Notes: generated by a model from the sequence alone, not told the origin. A stretch of 16,631 bases of DNA from Vulcanimicrobiota bacterium (GCA_003135555.1 PLCF01000011.1:1-16631), one strand, 5' to 3'; shown: positions 7,617 to 16,309, counted from the first letter of the stretch. Program-made: numbers and translations.

Positions 7617-7895
7617 ATGAACGGGTTGGAGGTACCGCGCGTGGACGATTTGCCTTCACCGCGGGTCGAAGACGAGTTGGACGAGTTGCTCCTAGAGCTC
7701 GGTCTGCACTATGTCGGAGTCGGTCGCGACGCCGACGGCCAGCAGTACTTGCGGTTTCGCATCGACCGAGAAAAGAACGATCAGAGCGACGTGCCCGCCA
7801 TCGGCCAGCAGGCGGTTGCGCTTCTGAGCACGGCGCGCTCCGATGCGATTCGCAAGCTTTGGGAGAGTAGCCCAAAGGGTATTGTCGTCGAGTAA
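7617..7895 (+). CDS. Hypothetical protein (92 aa)
   Basis: TAAGGA upstream, acidic globular composition, 5 bp from next gene. Confidence 0.7.
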   Translation: MNGLEVPRVDDLPSPRVEDELDELLLELGLHYVGVGRDADGQQYLRFRIDREKNDQSDVPAIGQQAVALLSTARSDAIRKLWESSPKGIVVE

Positions 7896-7900
7896 CTCGC

Positions 7901-8665
7901 GTGAACGAAAAGGGTGAAATCCGGACGCGGAACATCGCATGGGCCGCGCTGGGACTCTTTATCGCCGTCGCCGGTCCGGGCGTCTGGTACTGGATTTCAA
8001 CGCAGGCACATTTTGCGAGATGCGTGTATGGTGACCCGACCTGCTCGCTTACCGTGTCGACGTATCTGCTCTGTGTCCTTACGCTGGGCGCGTTTCTCGC
8101 AGCCTATCGAGCCGCCCGATACGCCCAGCAGGCGATAGAGATCGAGCGCGAGGTTGTGGTTGCGATCGAGAACTGTTCCACGCTACGCGCGAGTCTCACA
8201 CCGGGTGGCGACGACGGAACGACGTCCCACCACAATCCTCATCGCACGGAAGAACGCTACATGAAGACCGTCAACAACGGTTTCCTAAGGGACCGCCCGG
8301 ACAACTATTCGCGTGATCAATACGGGATGGTCGAGTTCGACTGCATGAGTGTCGGTCGCTCTCCGGTCGTGAACGGCAGCATCCAGGTGAAATGCAAGGC
8401 ACCTAATGGCAATGAAAATGACCGCACCATCTCGATCGGAAGTATACCGACGGACGAGTTCATCCATTTGCGGCTTTGGCTGGACAACCGTTTGCGCGAC
8501 GTGGAGTTCACGTGGATCGAACGAAGCGTGAGGCACAAGGACGGCGTTGTGATAGAATTTCACGCTCGGCATAAGGACTTTGCCTTACCGGTTCCGTTCA
8601 GTGCCCTACCGGAGCCGGCACCGGCACCGGCGCCGCCGCCAGCCGGCCGGCTAATAGTCGAATGA
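7901..8665 (+). CDS. Membrane protein, two N-terminal TM helices plus beta-rich soluble domain
   Basis: IAWAALGLFIAVAGPGVWYWI and YLLCVLTLGAFLAAY hydrophobic segments; Pro/Ala-rich tail. Confidence 0.8.
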   Translation: MNEKGEIRTRNIAWAALGLFIAVAGPGVWYWISTQAHFARCVYGDPTCSLTVSTYLLCVLTLGAFLAAYRAARYAQQAIEIEREVVVAIENCSTLRASLTPGGDDGTTSHHNPHRTEERYMKTVNNGFLRDRPDNYSRDQYGMVEFDCMSVGRSPVVNGSIQVKCKAPNGNENDRTISIGSIPTDEFIHLRLWLDNRLRDVEFTWIERSVRHKDGVVIEFHARHKDFALPVPFSALPEPAPAPAPPPAGRLIVE

Positions 8666-8955
8666 CAACAGACGAGGGGCAGCGGCGGCGCTTTACCCCG
8701 ATCGCAATCTTCAAGCCCTGCGCCATTGTCATGTCTGGTGCGGTCGCGGCGATCATGATCGGAGCAGTCTACCTGGGCTTGTATTCGGACCCCTCGCATC
8801 CGACCGAAGACGAACGGAATCAGGCCCTCGATCGGTCGGCGCTGCTCTGCATCGTGGAACGCATAAACGACGCGGCCCGCCCTACCAAGGGCGGGCCGCA
8901 AAAGGAACCCAAGAATTGTGTCGTTTTTAGGTCGGTCCCCGCGCAGCAGCGATAA
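8662..8955 (+). CDS. Small single-TM hypothetical protein (97 aa)
   Basis: ATGA overlap with upstream gene; AIVMSGAVAAIMIGAVYLGLY hydrophobic segment. Confidence 0.6.
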   Translation: MTTDEGQRRRFTPIAIFKPCAIVMSGAVAAIMIGAVYLGLYSDPSHPTEDERNQALDRSALLCIVERINDAARPTKGGPQKEPKNCVVFRSVPAQQR

Positions 8956-9382
8956 GGCCGCCAAAGTATCGTTCGAGCGACTTATGGGTGATCTCCGACG
9001 TGCTTCTAATCCACGCAGGGATCCCCTGACGTGCTTCTAGCCAGGGCTCTTCGTTATGAGTTAACTGACTGAGCGCGGCACCATTGTAGTGCCGGTATAC
9101 CTCAAAGATATGGTCGACGAACGACTGTTGATCGGCGGATAAGTGCCAAGGATTTCCGCCCTCGATCGCGTTGATGCGATAGCGGTGGTGATACTTCTGC
9201 CAGAGCTCAGGAACAACAGGCCCGTTGACCCACGCTTCAATGCGTTCAGGAAACAACGCTCCTCTGCCATTTCCGAGGCTCCAACCCTGGCAGTAATAGA
9301 GAATCTTGTGGAGCTGCATCTGCTCGATCGTCCCGCCGGACTCCCGAAGCAAATGCGCTGCTGTATCAAATACGGATGCCAT
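8927..9382 (-). CDS. Panacea-domain antitoxin (DUF4065, SocA/GepA-like)
   Basis: QLHKILYYCQGW, LFPERIEAWVNGPVVPELW, LSQLTHNEEPW signature motifs; GAGG Shine-Dalgarno upstream. Confidence 0.93.
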   Translation of the reverse strand: MASVFDTAAHLLRESGGTIEQMQLHKILYYCQGWSLGNGRGALFPERIEAWVNGPVVPELWQKYHHRYRINAIEGGNPWHLSADQQSFVDHIFEVYRHYNGAALSQLTHNEEPWLEARQGIPAWIRSTSEITHKSLERYFGGLIAAARGPT

Positions 9383-9499
9383 CGTCTAGCCCTCGGCCGT
9401 TGTGTTACCGAGGTAACCTCTCACTACAATCATTGGTCGGAAGCAATGAGCGCTATGCACGACGGCTCGCGCCATGCCGAAAAGCCGCTCCGTCTAGAA

Positions 9500-10020
9500 C
9501 GCGCGCACTTGTCGTACTTTCCGCGATCACTGTCCGGTCTCACACCCATGTCCTTATCAACGAATTCGGCGCTAAGAACGTCTCTCGGCTCGGTCCGCCC
9601 ACTGAGCCCTGGCTGCCGCATGAACCCAACCCTTCTGGCGCATGCTCCGGCGTAGATGCGTCACCCGATCACGTGTCCGCGTCCGTCCGGGTCCGCCTTA
9701 TGTCTGTTTTCCCGCGAGCCGCCGTCTCACACCAGCCAGCGTCCCGCGGTAGTTTTCATGTCTCTCTGATCGGCAGATATCGGTCCCGGGTTTCGTATCC
9801 GCCGGATGGTGACCTGCCCCACGCGCGGCCTTTCGTCCCGCGGGCGAACAGCCTTTTGGACGGGTCGGCGAGCGCTGTTTTTCCGCGGCGCCAAGCCTCT
9901 CAATCGGCCTACCGGCAACCTTCCCGCACCGGCCACGGCGGCTCGGATTTTCCCAGGTTCCGCGGCGCCGGGCCGCTCCCGCCTACCTGGCAAGCCGTTG
10001 TCACGTCGACGCCATGGGCC
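9500..10020 (-). ncRNA. Candidate structured non-coding RNA (unassigned)
   Basis: No credible ORF; adjacent stems joined by A-rich linkers on the minus strand, several G-U wobbles favouring minus, internal repeats. Limits approximate. Confidence 0.3.
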
Positions 10021-10180
10021 CGGGGATTGGCGCGCCAGCACGCGGCCGCCTCCGTTCTCTTTCGCCGCCGCGATCGTCGGCGCTCCGAAATCAGCGGGCT
10101 CGAAAACGCGCACTGATTCGTCGAGTCGGAGGGAACTCTGCGCAGTCATTGACGGACCTCAAGCGACACCGCGATGCGCG

Positions 10181-11278
10181 TCATTGGTGTCGTTCTTGCT
10201 TGTCGATGTCGGCGACCATCCTATCGAAATCGCTTTGCGGCCAGCCGTCCGTGTAGAGCGCTTGCAGATCGGCCCGAACATCCGCAACTGCGTCGAACGC
10301 CATCTTCTTCAGGACGAGCGACGCGACTGAGGCCGACTCCTCTGCGACGACATCGACCGGGCGAAGAGCAGCGCCCACGCTAAAGTGCGCGATTGCGTTC
10401 CGATAGTCGGCGCGGAAGACGTCATCGATCAACTCGAGGTAGGTCTTCCCAACTGCGTTCATGGCGAGCGTCGCGTAGGGCTCCTCGTTCGGCAGTCGAC
10501 GATGCGCCTCGATCGGCAGTTTTCGCTCCCTCCGGACCTTGCGCAGCTTCCCGTCCATCAGCTCGTAGTAGTAGTGCGCTACGTTGTAATAGCAGAGAGC
10601 GCGGTAGAACGGGCTCTCGGTCCGGAGAGCTTCGACGATCAGACGGCCAAACGCGTCGACAACGCCCATATCTGCCCCGAACCCGAACGGCTCGTGCAGG
10701 CGAACCACCGGGTACGCGACGCGGAACGATACGAGTTGCGGGACACCCGAGACCTCCTCGACGACGAGGGCGTCCCAGCGCAAAGCGATGCCGGATGCTA
10801 CGGCGTACCGGATGATCAACCGCTCGAGCATCACGTGCACCATCTCGGCCGCATCGCGCACGGTCGCCGCGCCGAACGGCGACACCTCGAACCCGCCGAC
10901 TCTTCCGTGTTCGTTAAGGTGAGCCAGCCAATCGATCCGCGAGCCAGCGACCTCTATCCCAAATCGCGCATCCGCGGGCGCCACAACGTAGTTCGAATCA
11001 CCCTGGAGGACGTTGCCGATCGTCGCGTCGACAAGATCCATCGGGCGCGAAGCACCGTCAGCGGGCACGAGCCGGATCGCGGCACGGAACCGACCGACAG
11101 TCGCAAATAATTCGGGGTCACCGAAGAGCCGCGTCACCGCGTAGCCCCATTCGTATTTCTTAAATTCTTCGACGCCCGTTTCGCCGAAAGCAACCTCTCG
11201 CAGCAGCGGCGAGAACGGACGCTGGTCGGCCGCGTCCCCGTCGACTTCGGAACGTGGTAGCGTTGGTGACCTCGTCAC
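10181..11278 (-). CDS. HEPN-domain protein, MauJ-like (about 365 aa)
   Basis: EALRTESPFYRALCYYNV and RNAIAH (Rx4H). GTG at 11278 overlaps the upstream TGA (GTGA). Confidence 0.75.
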   Translation of the reverse strand: MTRSPTLPRSEVDGDAADQRPFSPLLREVAFGETGVEEFKKYEWGYAVTRLFGDPELFATVGRFRAAIRLVPADGASRPMDLVDATIGNVLQGDSNYVVAPADARFGIEVAGSRIDWLAHLNEHGRVGGFEVSPFGAATVRDAAEMVHVMLERLIIRYAVASGIALRWDALVVEEVSGVPQLVSFRVAYPVVRLHEPFGFGADMGVVDAFGRLIVEALRTESPFYRALCYYNVAHYYYELMDGKLRKVRRERKLPIEAHRRLPNEEPYATLAMNAVGKTYLELIDDVFRADYRNAIAHFSVGAALRPVDVVAEESASVASLVLKKMAFDAVADVRADLQALYTDGWPQSDFDRMVADIDKQERHQ

Positions 11279-12105
11279 GTCGGTGCGCCGCCCTTCCAAG
11301 CGGAACACGCCTTGCCACGCAGCGCCGAGCCGAGATCATTCGCGACGGTCAGAAGGGTTAGGAAAATGGTTAGGTTTCCCAGCGCCAACTGCTTGTCGAC
11401 ACGCTTAGCCCTACGGTGCGCGACATCGTCACGGTTCACTTTTACGATCGCGACCAGGCTATCCAGATAGGTCTGGACCTGATACCAAAGATCAGGGGGG
11501 AACTCGTCGTTGTGATAGTCAAGCGCGTTACGAAACGCGGTAAACCGTCGTTCCGTGCGTAGCCGCGTCTGCTCGAACGACTTTCGGAAGCTTTCAAGCC
11601 GATCTGGCGGCAAGTGTGCCATATAGGCGTCGTAAGTCCACTCCATCACCGCCTCGCCAGAAATCCCGAGCATAACGGTGCTACTGAGGTAACGCCGGTC
11701 TTGGAACGACTGATTCGCCTCGACGAGGTACTCTACTATGGTGTCGTCGGCGTCCGGCATGCGCCGCTTCGCATCCGCAATGTAGCCCTCCGCGTCGTGC
11801 GGAGTGACAGGGTTCTCCTTCGGATCGAGCACCTTTCGCCCGTAGGACGTGAGCGAGAAATAAGGGAAATGGCGCCTTGCTTCGTTCCCGAACCCGGGGC
11901 CCAGAGAGTTTCCGGGAACGATGATGCCGTCGGCGACCAGGGAGAACAGGACCGAATAGAAATCCGCGCTCATGTCCGTCATGGTGCCGCCCCAACCGGT
12001 CGAGATGCCGTTGCGCAGGACGTCGATGTTCAATGCGTCCGTGGTCATGCTCCGGAGCTCGCGGAGGTTGTCGAGAACGACTGCCTTCATTTCGTCAAAC
12101 GTCAC
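11275..12105 (-). CDS. Winged-HTH plus HEPN-like (DUF4145-like) protein (276 aa)
   Basis: LVADGIIVPG...FSLTSYGRKVL wHTH wing; YLVEANQSF...YLSSTVMLG...E helix pair; RDDVAH (Rx4H). Confidence 0.7.
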   Translation of the reverse strand: MTFDEMKAVVLDNLRELRSMTTDALNIDVLRNGISTGWGGTMTDMSADFYSVLFSLVADGIIVPGNSLGPGFGNEARRHFPYFSLTSYGRKVLDPKENPVTPHDAEGYIADAKRRMPDADDTIVEYLVEANQSFQDRRYLSSTVMLGISGEAVMEWTYDAYMAHLPPDRLESFRKSFEQTRLRTERRFTAFRNALDYHNDEFPPDLWYQVQTYLDSLVAIVKVNRDDVAHRRAKRVDKQLALGNLTIFLTLLTVANDLGSALRGKACSAWKGGAPT

Positions 12106-12601
12106 TTGTGCGTTTCCCTATCCTCGTTTGCGGCCAGCTCATCATTCCGGCGTGGGCCTGGCGACGCGGCAAGGGAACGAGGCCCGCCGATGGAAGGTCG
12201 CCATCCCCATGCGCGGAGGCCTAGCCGATGTTCGATGCACCGGGTCAATTTCAGCTGCACAACGTGTGGTGTTTGCGACGCTAATCCTGGCCCAGTTCGC
12301 GTCGAGCGCACCCGCCGGCGCACAGGAGCGGGGAGCATATGCCGTCCTGGAGATCCCAGATCTCAGCGATACCATGTTTAATACCGCTGAGCACGCCGCC
12401 CGACTTGACCAGAATCTGAGCCCGCATTCTCCCGATGAAATCTGCGAAACGACATCTTAGCAGCTATCTCTCGCCCGCTGAAGAAGATCGCGCGGCACGC
12501 GGCGTTCGGCTGCAAGGCGGTTTCGGTGTATGGCGGCTGAAAAGATAGGTAAAAATAATTCCTGATGGTAGTGCGCCCCGAACGGACGGCACGAAACATC
12601 G

Positions 12602-12616
12602 AAATATCTGATATTT
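12602..12616. promoter_or_regulatory. AT-rich perfect palindrome, candidate protein-binding site
   Basis: AAATATC-T-GATATTT in an AT-rich intergenic patch. Confidence 0.4.
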
Positions 12617-12663
12617 ATGCAATTTATCGCGCTGGTGACAAAAAAACTGCCGCGCTGCGTCGT

Positions 12664-13566
12664 CTACGGCTTTACGATCATCTCCGCGTCGTCGAGCGAC
12701 CCGAACAGCAGCCGGTCGAACTGACCGATATTGGCCGGCAACCGTGCGCGAATCGTGTTCATCGAAAGCGCCGCTGCCTGCATCCTGTCGTCCAGGGTGA
12801 GCGCGAGCCAGATAGATCGCCCCGGCGTGTACGTTTTGGCCATCTTGTCGCGCAGACGCTCGTCGAAATCGTCCGCGGATTCGTTCGGGTCGAATCCATG
12901 CGCGTCGATGTTCACGACTATCGCGGTGTAGCGGCCAACGGAGACTTCGTACTTCGCCCTGAGTCTGTTGAGGATCGGCGCGACGGCCGGGTCGGGCCCG
13001 AGAGGCGTGTTCTGCTTTACGGTCGCGAAGTCGGTGGCGTAGAAGACCGCCATGATTTCGTCCGGGATGGCGTGCGTCTCACGGCTGGTCGGGAATTTCG
13101 AGAAGAGGAAGTGCATGCGCCACCCTTGCAGCGCGGCGGCGTAGGTCGAGTCCGAGTCGTACCGCCGGCGCAACTCGGTGTTGATGGCCTCCATCGCGCT
13201 CCACGCCCGCGCCGAGGCTCGGCCCGTGACCTGAGAGACCTCGACGTAGATTTTCCGGCCTCCAGTGAGCGTCACGTGTAGGTCGGGCTCCGGTTCGACG
13301 CAGTTCTCGATGTCGATGATCTCAGCGTCCATGTCGGTCGCCACCGCCAGGTTCGCAAAGGCATACGCCTCGCAGAATTTCTTGGAGTCGTTGTCACGCA
13401 CGTAATCGCCGAATGGGCGCCCACGGTACGGGATCTCCATCAGCCGGTCGCATCGGTCTTTTTCCGCGGGGTCGCCCCCGACGTTTACAGCATGGATGGC
13501 GTCGTACTGTTCACGTAGGGTTCGCGGCTTCTGCATCATGCTGGGCCTCGTCTCGATCGGGAACAT
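12664..13566 (-). CDS. Putative PD-(D/E)xK-fold nuclease (up to 300 aa)
   Basis: E-containing helix followed by EPEPDLHVTLTGGRKIYVEVSQ (PD...ExS variant). Start may be the later Met-Met. Confidence 0.65.
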   Translation of the reverse strand: MFPIETRPSMMQKPRTLREQYDAIHAVNVGGDPAEKDRCDRLMEIPYRGRPFGDYVRDNDSKKFCEAYAFANLAVATDMDAEIIDIENCVEPEPDLHVTLTGGRKIYVEVSQVTGRASARAWSAMEAINTELRRRYDSDSTYAAALQGWRMHFLFSKFPTSRETHAIPDEIMAVFYATDFATVKQNTPLGPDPAVAPILNRLRAKYEVSVGRYTAIVVNIDAHGFDPNESADDFDERLRDKMAKTYTPGRSIWLALTLDDRMQAAALSMNTIRARLPANIGQFDRLLFGSLDDAEMIVKP

Positions 13567-13574
13567 CGTGGTAG

Positions 13575-13817
13575 GTGACCATGGACTCGGATCGTTTAGA
13601 TCGTAAGGCGGAAGGCACGCCCTCTTGTTGGCGCCGAGTGGTCGCGGGGCTCGTACTCAGCACGCTCCATGCGGCGGCACCGGAGCCTTACCATGTTCGC
13701 CTTGACTTTAAGGGCGCAAACAAAGAGCCAGTCCTATACTTCGACGAGGCGGACCTGGCCGCTAAGATAGCGCGGGTGATCTGCGAGTACTTTGACGACC
13801 CTGGTAACACGATGTGA
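13575..13817 (+). CDS. Possible small hypothetical protein or gene fragment
   Basis: C-terminal half looks protein-like, but the start is only 8 bp from the divergent gene start. Confidence 0.3.
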   Translation: MTMDSDRLDRKAEGTPSCWRRVVAGLVLSTLHAAAPEPYHVRLDFKGANKEPVLYFDEADLAAKIARVICEYFDDPGNTM

Positions 13818-13994
13818 GCGTGTGACCGCTAGAATGATCGTGTAATAGGGCGTCAGTGAGTTGGCTGTAGGTCCGTCAACGAAATCGCGAGGACTCCCCA
13901 ATCGCCGACATCGGACATCGAACGGGCGTTCGACGCGTCCCCGTGGCGGTCCCTGGCAGGCGCACCGGGCGACGAACGTGAACCCGCGCGCCCC

Positions 13995-14507
13995 ATGGGT
14001 GAAACGGACCTGGAAGCCTTACTCCGCGAGGCCGGCGCGACCCGCGAAGAACTCACGAGCGACGCGCGCGCGCACGCGCTAGATCTCGCGGGAACGATCC
14101 ACGACGAGATTGGTCGCTTGCACGACAAGCTCAACGCAAGGCGATCGGGAATCGAACTGGTCTCGCGGGACCCGGTTGCGATGGCGGACGAGATCGAGCA
14201 TCTTCTACGTGACCTTCTCTCGCAGCTTGAGACGCCCTTGGTGCTCGAAGACACGACGATAGAGCAGATCACTATCGACAACATTCACCCTACCAGCGTG
14301 GCGCCGTTTCTGACCATCGCTGCGCGCGCTCAGCGCGGCGCCCGTGGTGAAACGTCGCCCACAGGTCGCTCCTCGACGTGCGCTGCACTCAACATAGCGT
14401 TGAACCGGGTGGGCCGCTACGTCAGAGGAGTCGCGAAAATCCTCGGACGGCCGATCGACGACGAGCACCCCGCCCCCACCCCATCGTCGCGCGAGAGCGA
14501 CCAGTGA
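13995..14507 (+). CDS. Hypothetical helical protein (170 aa)
   Basis: Acidic, Leu-rich helical composition; stop overlaps the next GTG start. Frame is open further upstream to 13860. Confidence 0.65.
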   Translation: MGETDLEALLREAGATREELTSDARAHALDLAGTIHDEIGRLHDKLNARRSGIELVSRDPVAMADEIEHLLRDLLSQLETPLVLEDTTIEQITIDNIHPTSVAPFLTIAARAQRGARGETSPTGRSSTCAALNIALNRVGRYVRGVAKILGRPIDDEHPAPTPSSRESDQ

Positions 14508-15901
14508 GGGAAGGTGACGGCGAGGGTAACGAAGCTCCAAGTATCGCCATCCTACCGTGGGTAAACATTCACGAGCCCGTCTCGTTTCGCGGCATTGAAA
14601 TACTACCGAGGCGGCGAGCAATCGAGAGAGGGCGCTCGATTAACGGCGAGGATCTGTCGCGCCACGTCGAGATGGCGACCTCATACTTCTGCTCCGGCAG
14701 TCGCGTATTTCGGATTGACCTCCCCGAGCCGGCGGAAGTCGAGCCGCAGTTCGTAGAGCCCGCAGTCGTCTTTCTGAACGACGATGTCACCGTCCGAAGT
14801 CTCGACAACGCCCTGGCACTACTCAACTTCGCCTGCATGGCGGCAAACAACGTCGGAACCACCTACACCAACAGCACCGTCTTCCAACGTTATTTGCAGG
14901 GCCTCAAGGGCGATCCAGGACGCATCCTCATCCCCCTGTCGCGACGGATGTTCCGAACGAAATGGTTCGCGACCCAGGCGATAAACCTCATCGAAGCAAA
15001 GCAGTATTGGTCCGGCGAGTTCCAAGCGCCGGAGCCCGCCCACAAGGAAGGGATGGAAGCGCTGCCGCTTGGTGACGAGCGCGCCGACCGCATCCTCTCG
15101 GCGCTGGTGACGCTGATGGGCGCGACCCAAGAGGCGGAGACGATGTCCGAGGAACTGGAACGGTCCCTCTACGCCGTCTTGCTGGAGCGACTTCTGCATC
15201 CCATCGACATCGAAGAAGCCACAATCGTCGCGGAAATCAACACAGAGCGGGACGCGAAAGGCTGGAAGCCCCTCGATGCAGACAACATCAGCGGCTTCCA
15301 GTACAACCTACGCCTCGCGAAGAACGTATTACGACCGCTGCTGCACCACGAGGCCACCGGAGACGAGTTCGGCTACCACATCCTGCGCGGATGGTTCGCC
15401 ATCCGGGAGCAGCGAAACGCGTATTTCCACCCTGAAAGCCGCAAAGCAGACCTCTTTCCGTTCGAGAAGCAGGAAAAAGTACGCGGCAGCCTCATCCGCT
15501 TCCGCGTGATGCAGGCACTCGTCGTCGCGTCCATGGTGGACGCAGGTTTCGTGCCAGAAGATTCACGACTCGCGTTGGTCGTGCCGGCGATCGAATCGTG
15601 GATCGCGGCGATTAGCGAGGACGATCCGAGAGAGTCCGACGTCGCGTCCGCGACGTACAACTGGTGGGCCCATCTCTTGATCGGCCCAGGCAGCTTCGAT
15701 CTACGCAGACGAGACGATCCAGCACACGCGCTCAATTGGAGGACCTGGCTCACGAACCAGGTCGAAACGTCTCCGCCCACGCACGCCGCCCGGTTCATCC
15801 TGTTAGCACGGAATCGGCTGGGACCTAGCTGCTGCGCGAACGTCCGCCACGTCGCATCAGCCCGAGCACTGGGCCATGCCGGCTTTTGGCCAACCACTTA
15901 G
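14504..15901 (+). CDS. ApeA-like HEPN-domain protein (about 465 aa)
   Basis: SLYAVLLERLL helix and QRNAYFHP (Rx4H). Start reassigned to GTG 14504 (GTGA overlap). Confidence 0.7.
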   Translation: MREGDGEGNEAPSIAILPWVNIHEPVSFRGIEILPRRRAIERGRSINGEDLSRHVEMATSYFCSGSRVFRIDLPEPAEVEPQFVEPAVVFLNDDVTVRSLDNALALLNFACMAANNVGTTYTNSTVFQRYLQGLKGDPGRILIPLSRRMFRTKWFATQAINLIEAKQYWSGEFQAPEPAHKEGMEALPLGDERADRILSALVTLMGATQEAETMSEELERSLYAVLLERLLHPIDIEEATIVAEINTERDAKGWKPLDADNISGFQYNLRLAKNVLRPLLHHEATGDEFGYHILRGWFAIREQRNAYFHPESRKADLFPFEKQEKVRGSLIRFRVMQALVVASMVDAGFVPEDSRLALVVPAIESWIAAISEDDPRESDVASATYNWWAHLLIGPGSFDLRRRDDPAHALNWRTWLTNQVETSPPTHAARFILLARNRLGPSCCANVRHVASARALGHAGFWPTT

Positions 15902-16094
15902 GAGTATCTCAACACTGCCGGAGTCGTTCGATGACAAAGAAGCCCAAGCCCTGGCAACTGTTTTCGGCTCTCTTCACCTTCACACTTGCGCTCGTGATTG
16001 GCGGCGACTTCGTTGAGAGTTAGGTCGTATCTAATAACCTTCGCTAGCCGCCGTTAGACATCAGTCCTGGGGTGACCGTGCTGTACCAGCTCCT

Positions 16095-16258
16095 CGCCGA
16101 GGAGGCGCGACAATTGAGCGCCGCGGCCCGCCGGACCTGACACGCCCGCTGAGTAGAATGGACCGCCCAGAGTCACAGCGGACGTGGGCTAGGCGTCCCT
16201 GCCGCCGGGAAGCCCGGTCGTTGAGCGCGTGCGTAATCGCTAGGCTTGGCCGCGCGCG
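16095..16258 (+). repeat. Diverged direct repeat, copy 2
   Basis: Collinear with 7310-7490; 81-bp core 16178-16258 is 74/81 identical to 7410-7490. Confidence 0.95.
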
Positions 16259-16309
16259 TTGTTCAATGAGCGGTGCGTCATGGCTGCCTGCGCTGTTGTT
16301 GTCCAATGG

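Noticed and set aside
7408..7620. Short ORFs across the repeat copies (7408-7620 + and 16061-16306 -)
   Set aside because: Differences between copies are mostly non-synonymous in these frames and starts/stops are not shared.
8609..8650. CCGGCA/CCG short tandem repeat
   Set aside because: Encodes the PEPAPAPAPPPAG tail of the membrane protein; no sign of a contingency locus.
9809..9825. GTGACCTGCCCCACGCG resembling an IS3/IS407 terminal repeat or IS200/IS605 end
   Set aside because: No partner end found and no transposase, TnpB or IscB sequence nearby.
7536..9915. 12-bp match TCGGCCTACCGG at 7536-7547 and 9904-9915
   Set aside because: Matches of this length are expected by chance in 16.6 kb of GC-rich DNA.
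9376..10330. ORFs of 246, 174 and 140 aa in the non-coding tract
   Set aside because: Arg/Ser/Pro/Gly-rich composition typical of GC-rich shadow frames; no motifs or convincing RBS.
10385..13281. Long + strand ORFs (241, 255, 238 aa) opposite the HEPN and nuclease genes
   Set aside because: Antisense shadows of better-supported minus-strand genes.
15907..16059. attC-like words (TCTCAAC...GTTGAGA, GTTAGGT, GTTAGAC) suggesting an integron
   Set aside because: No proper L boxes, no similar sites after other cargo genes, mixed gene orientation, and neither recombinase looks like IntI.
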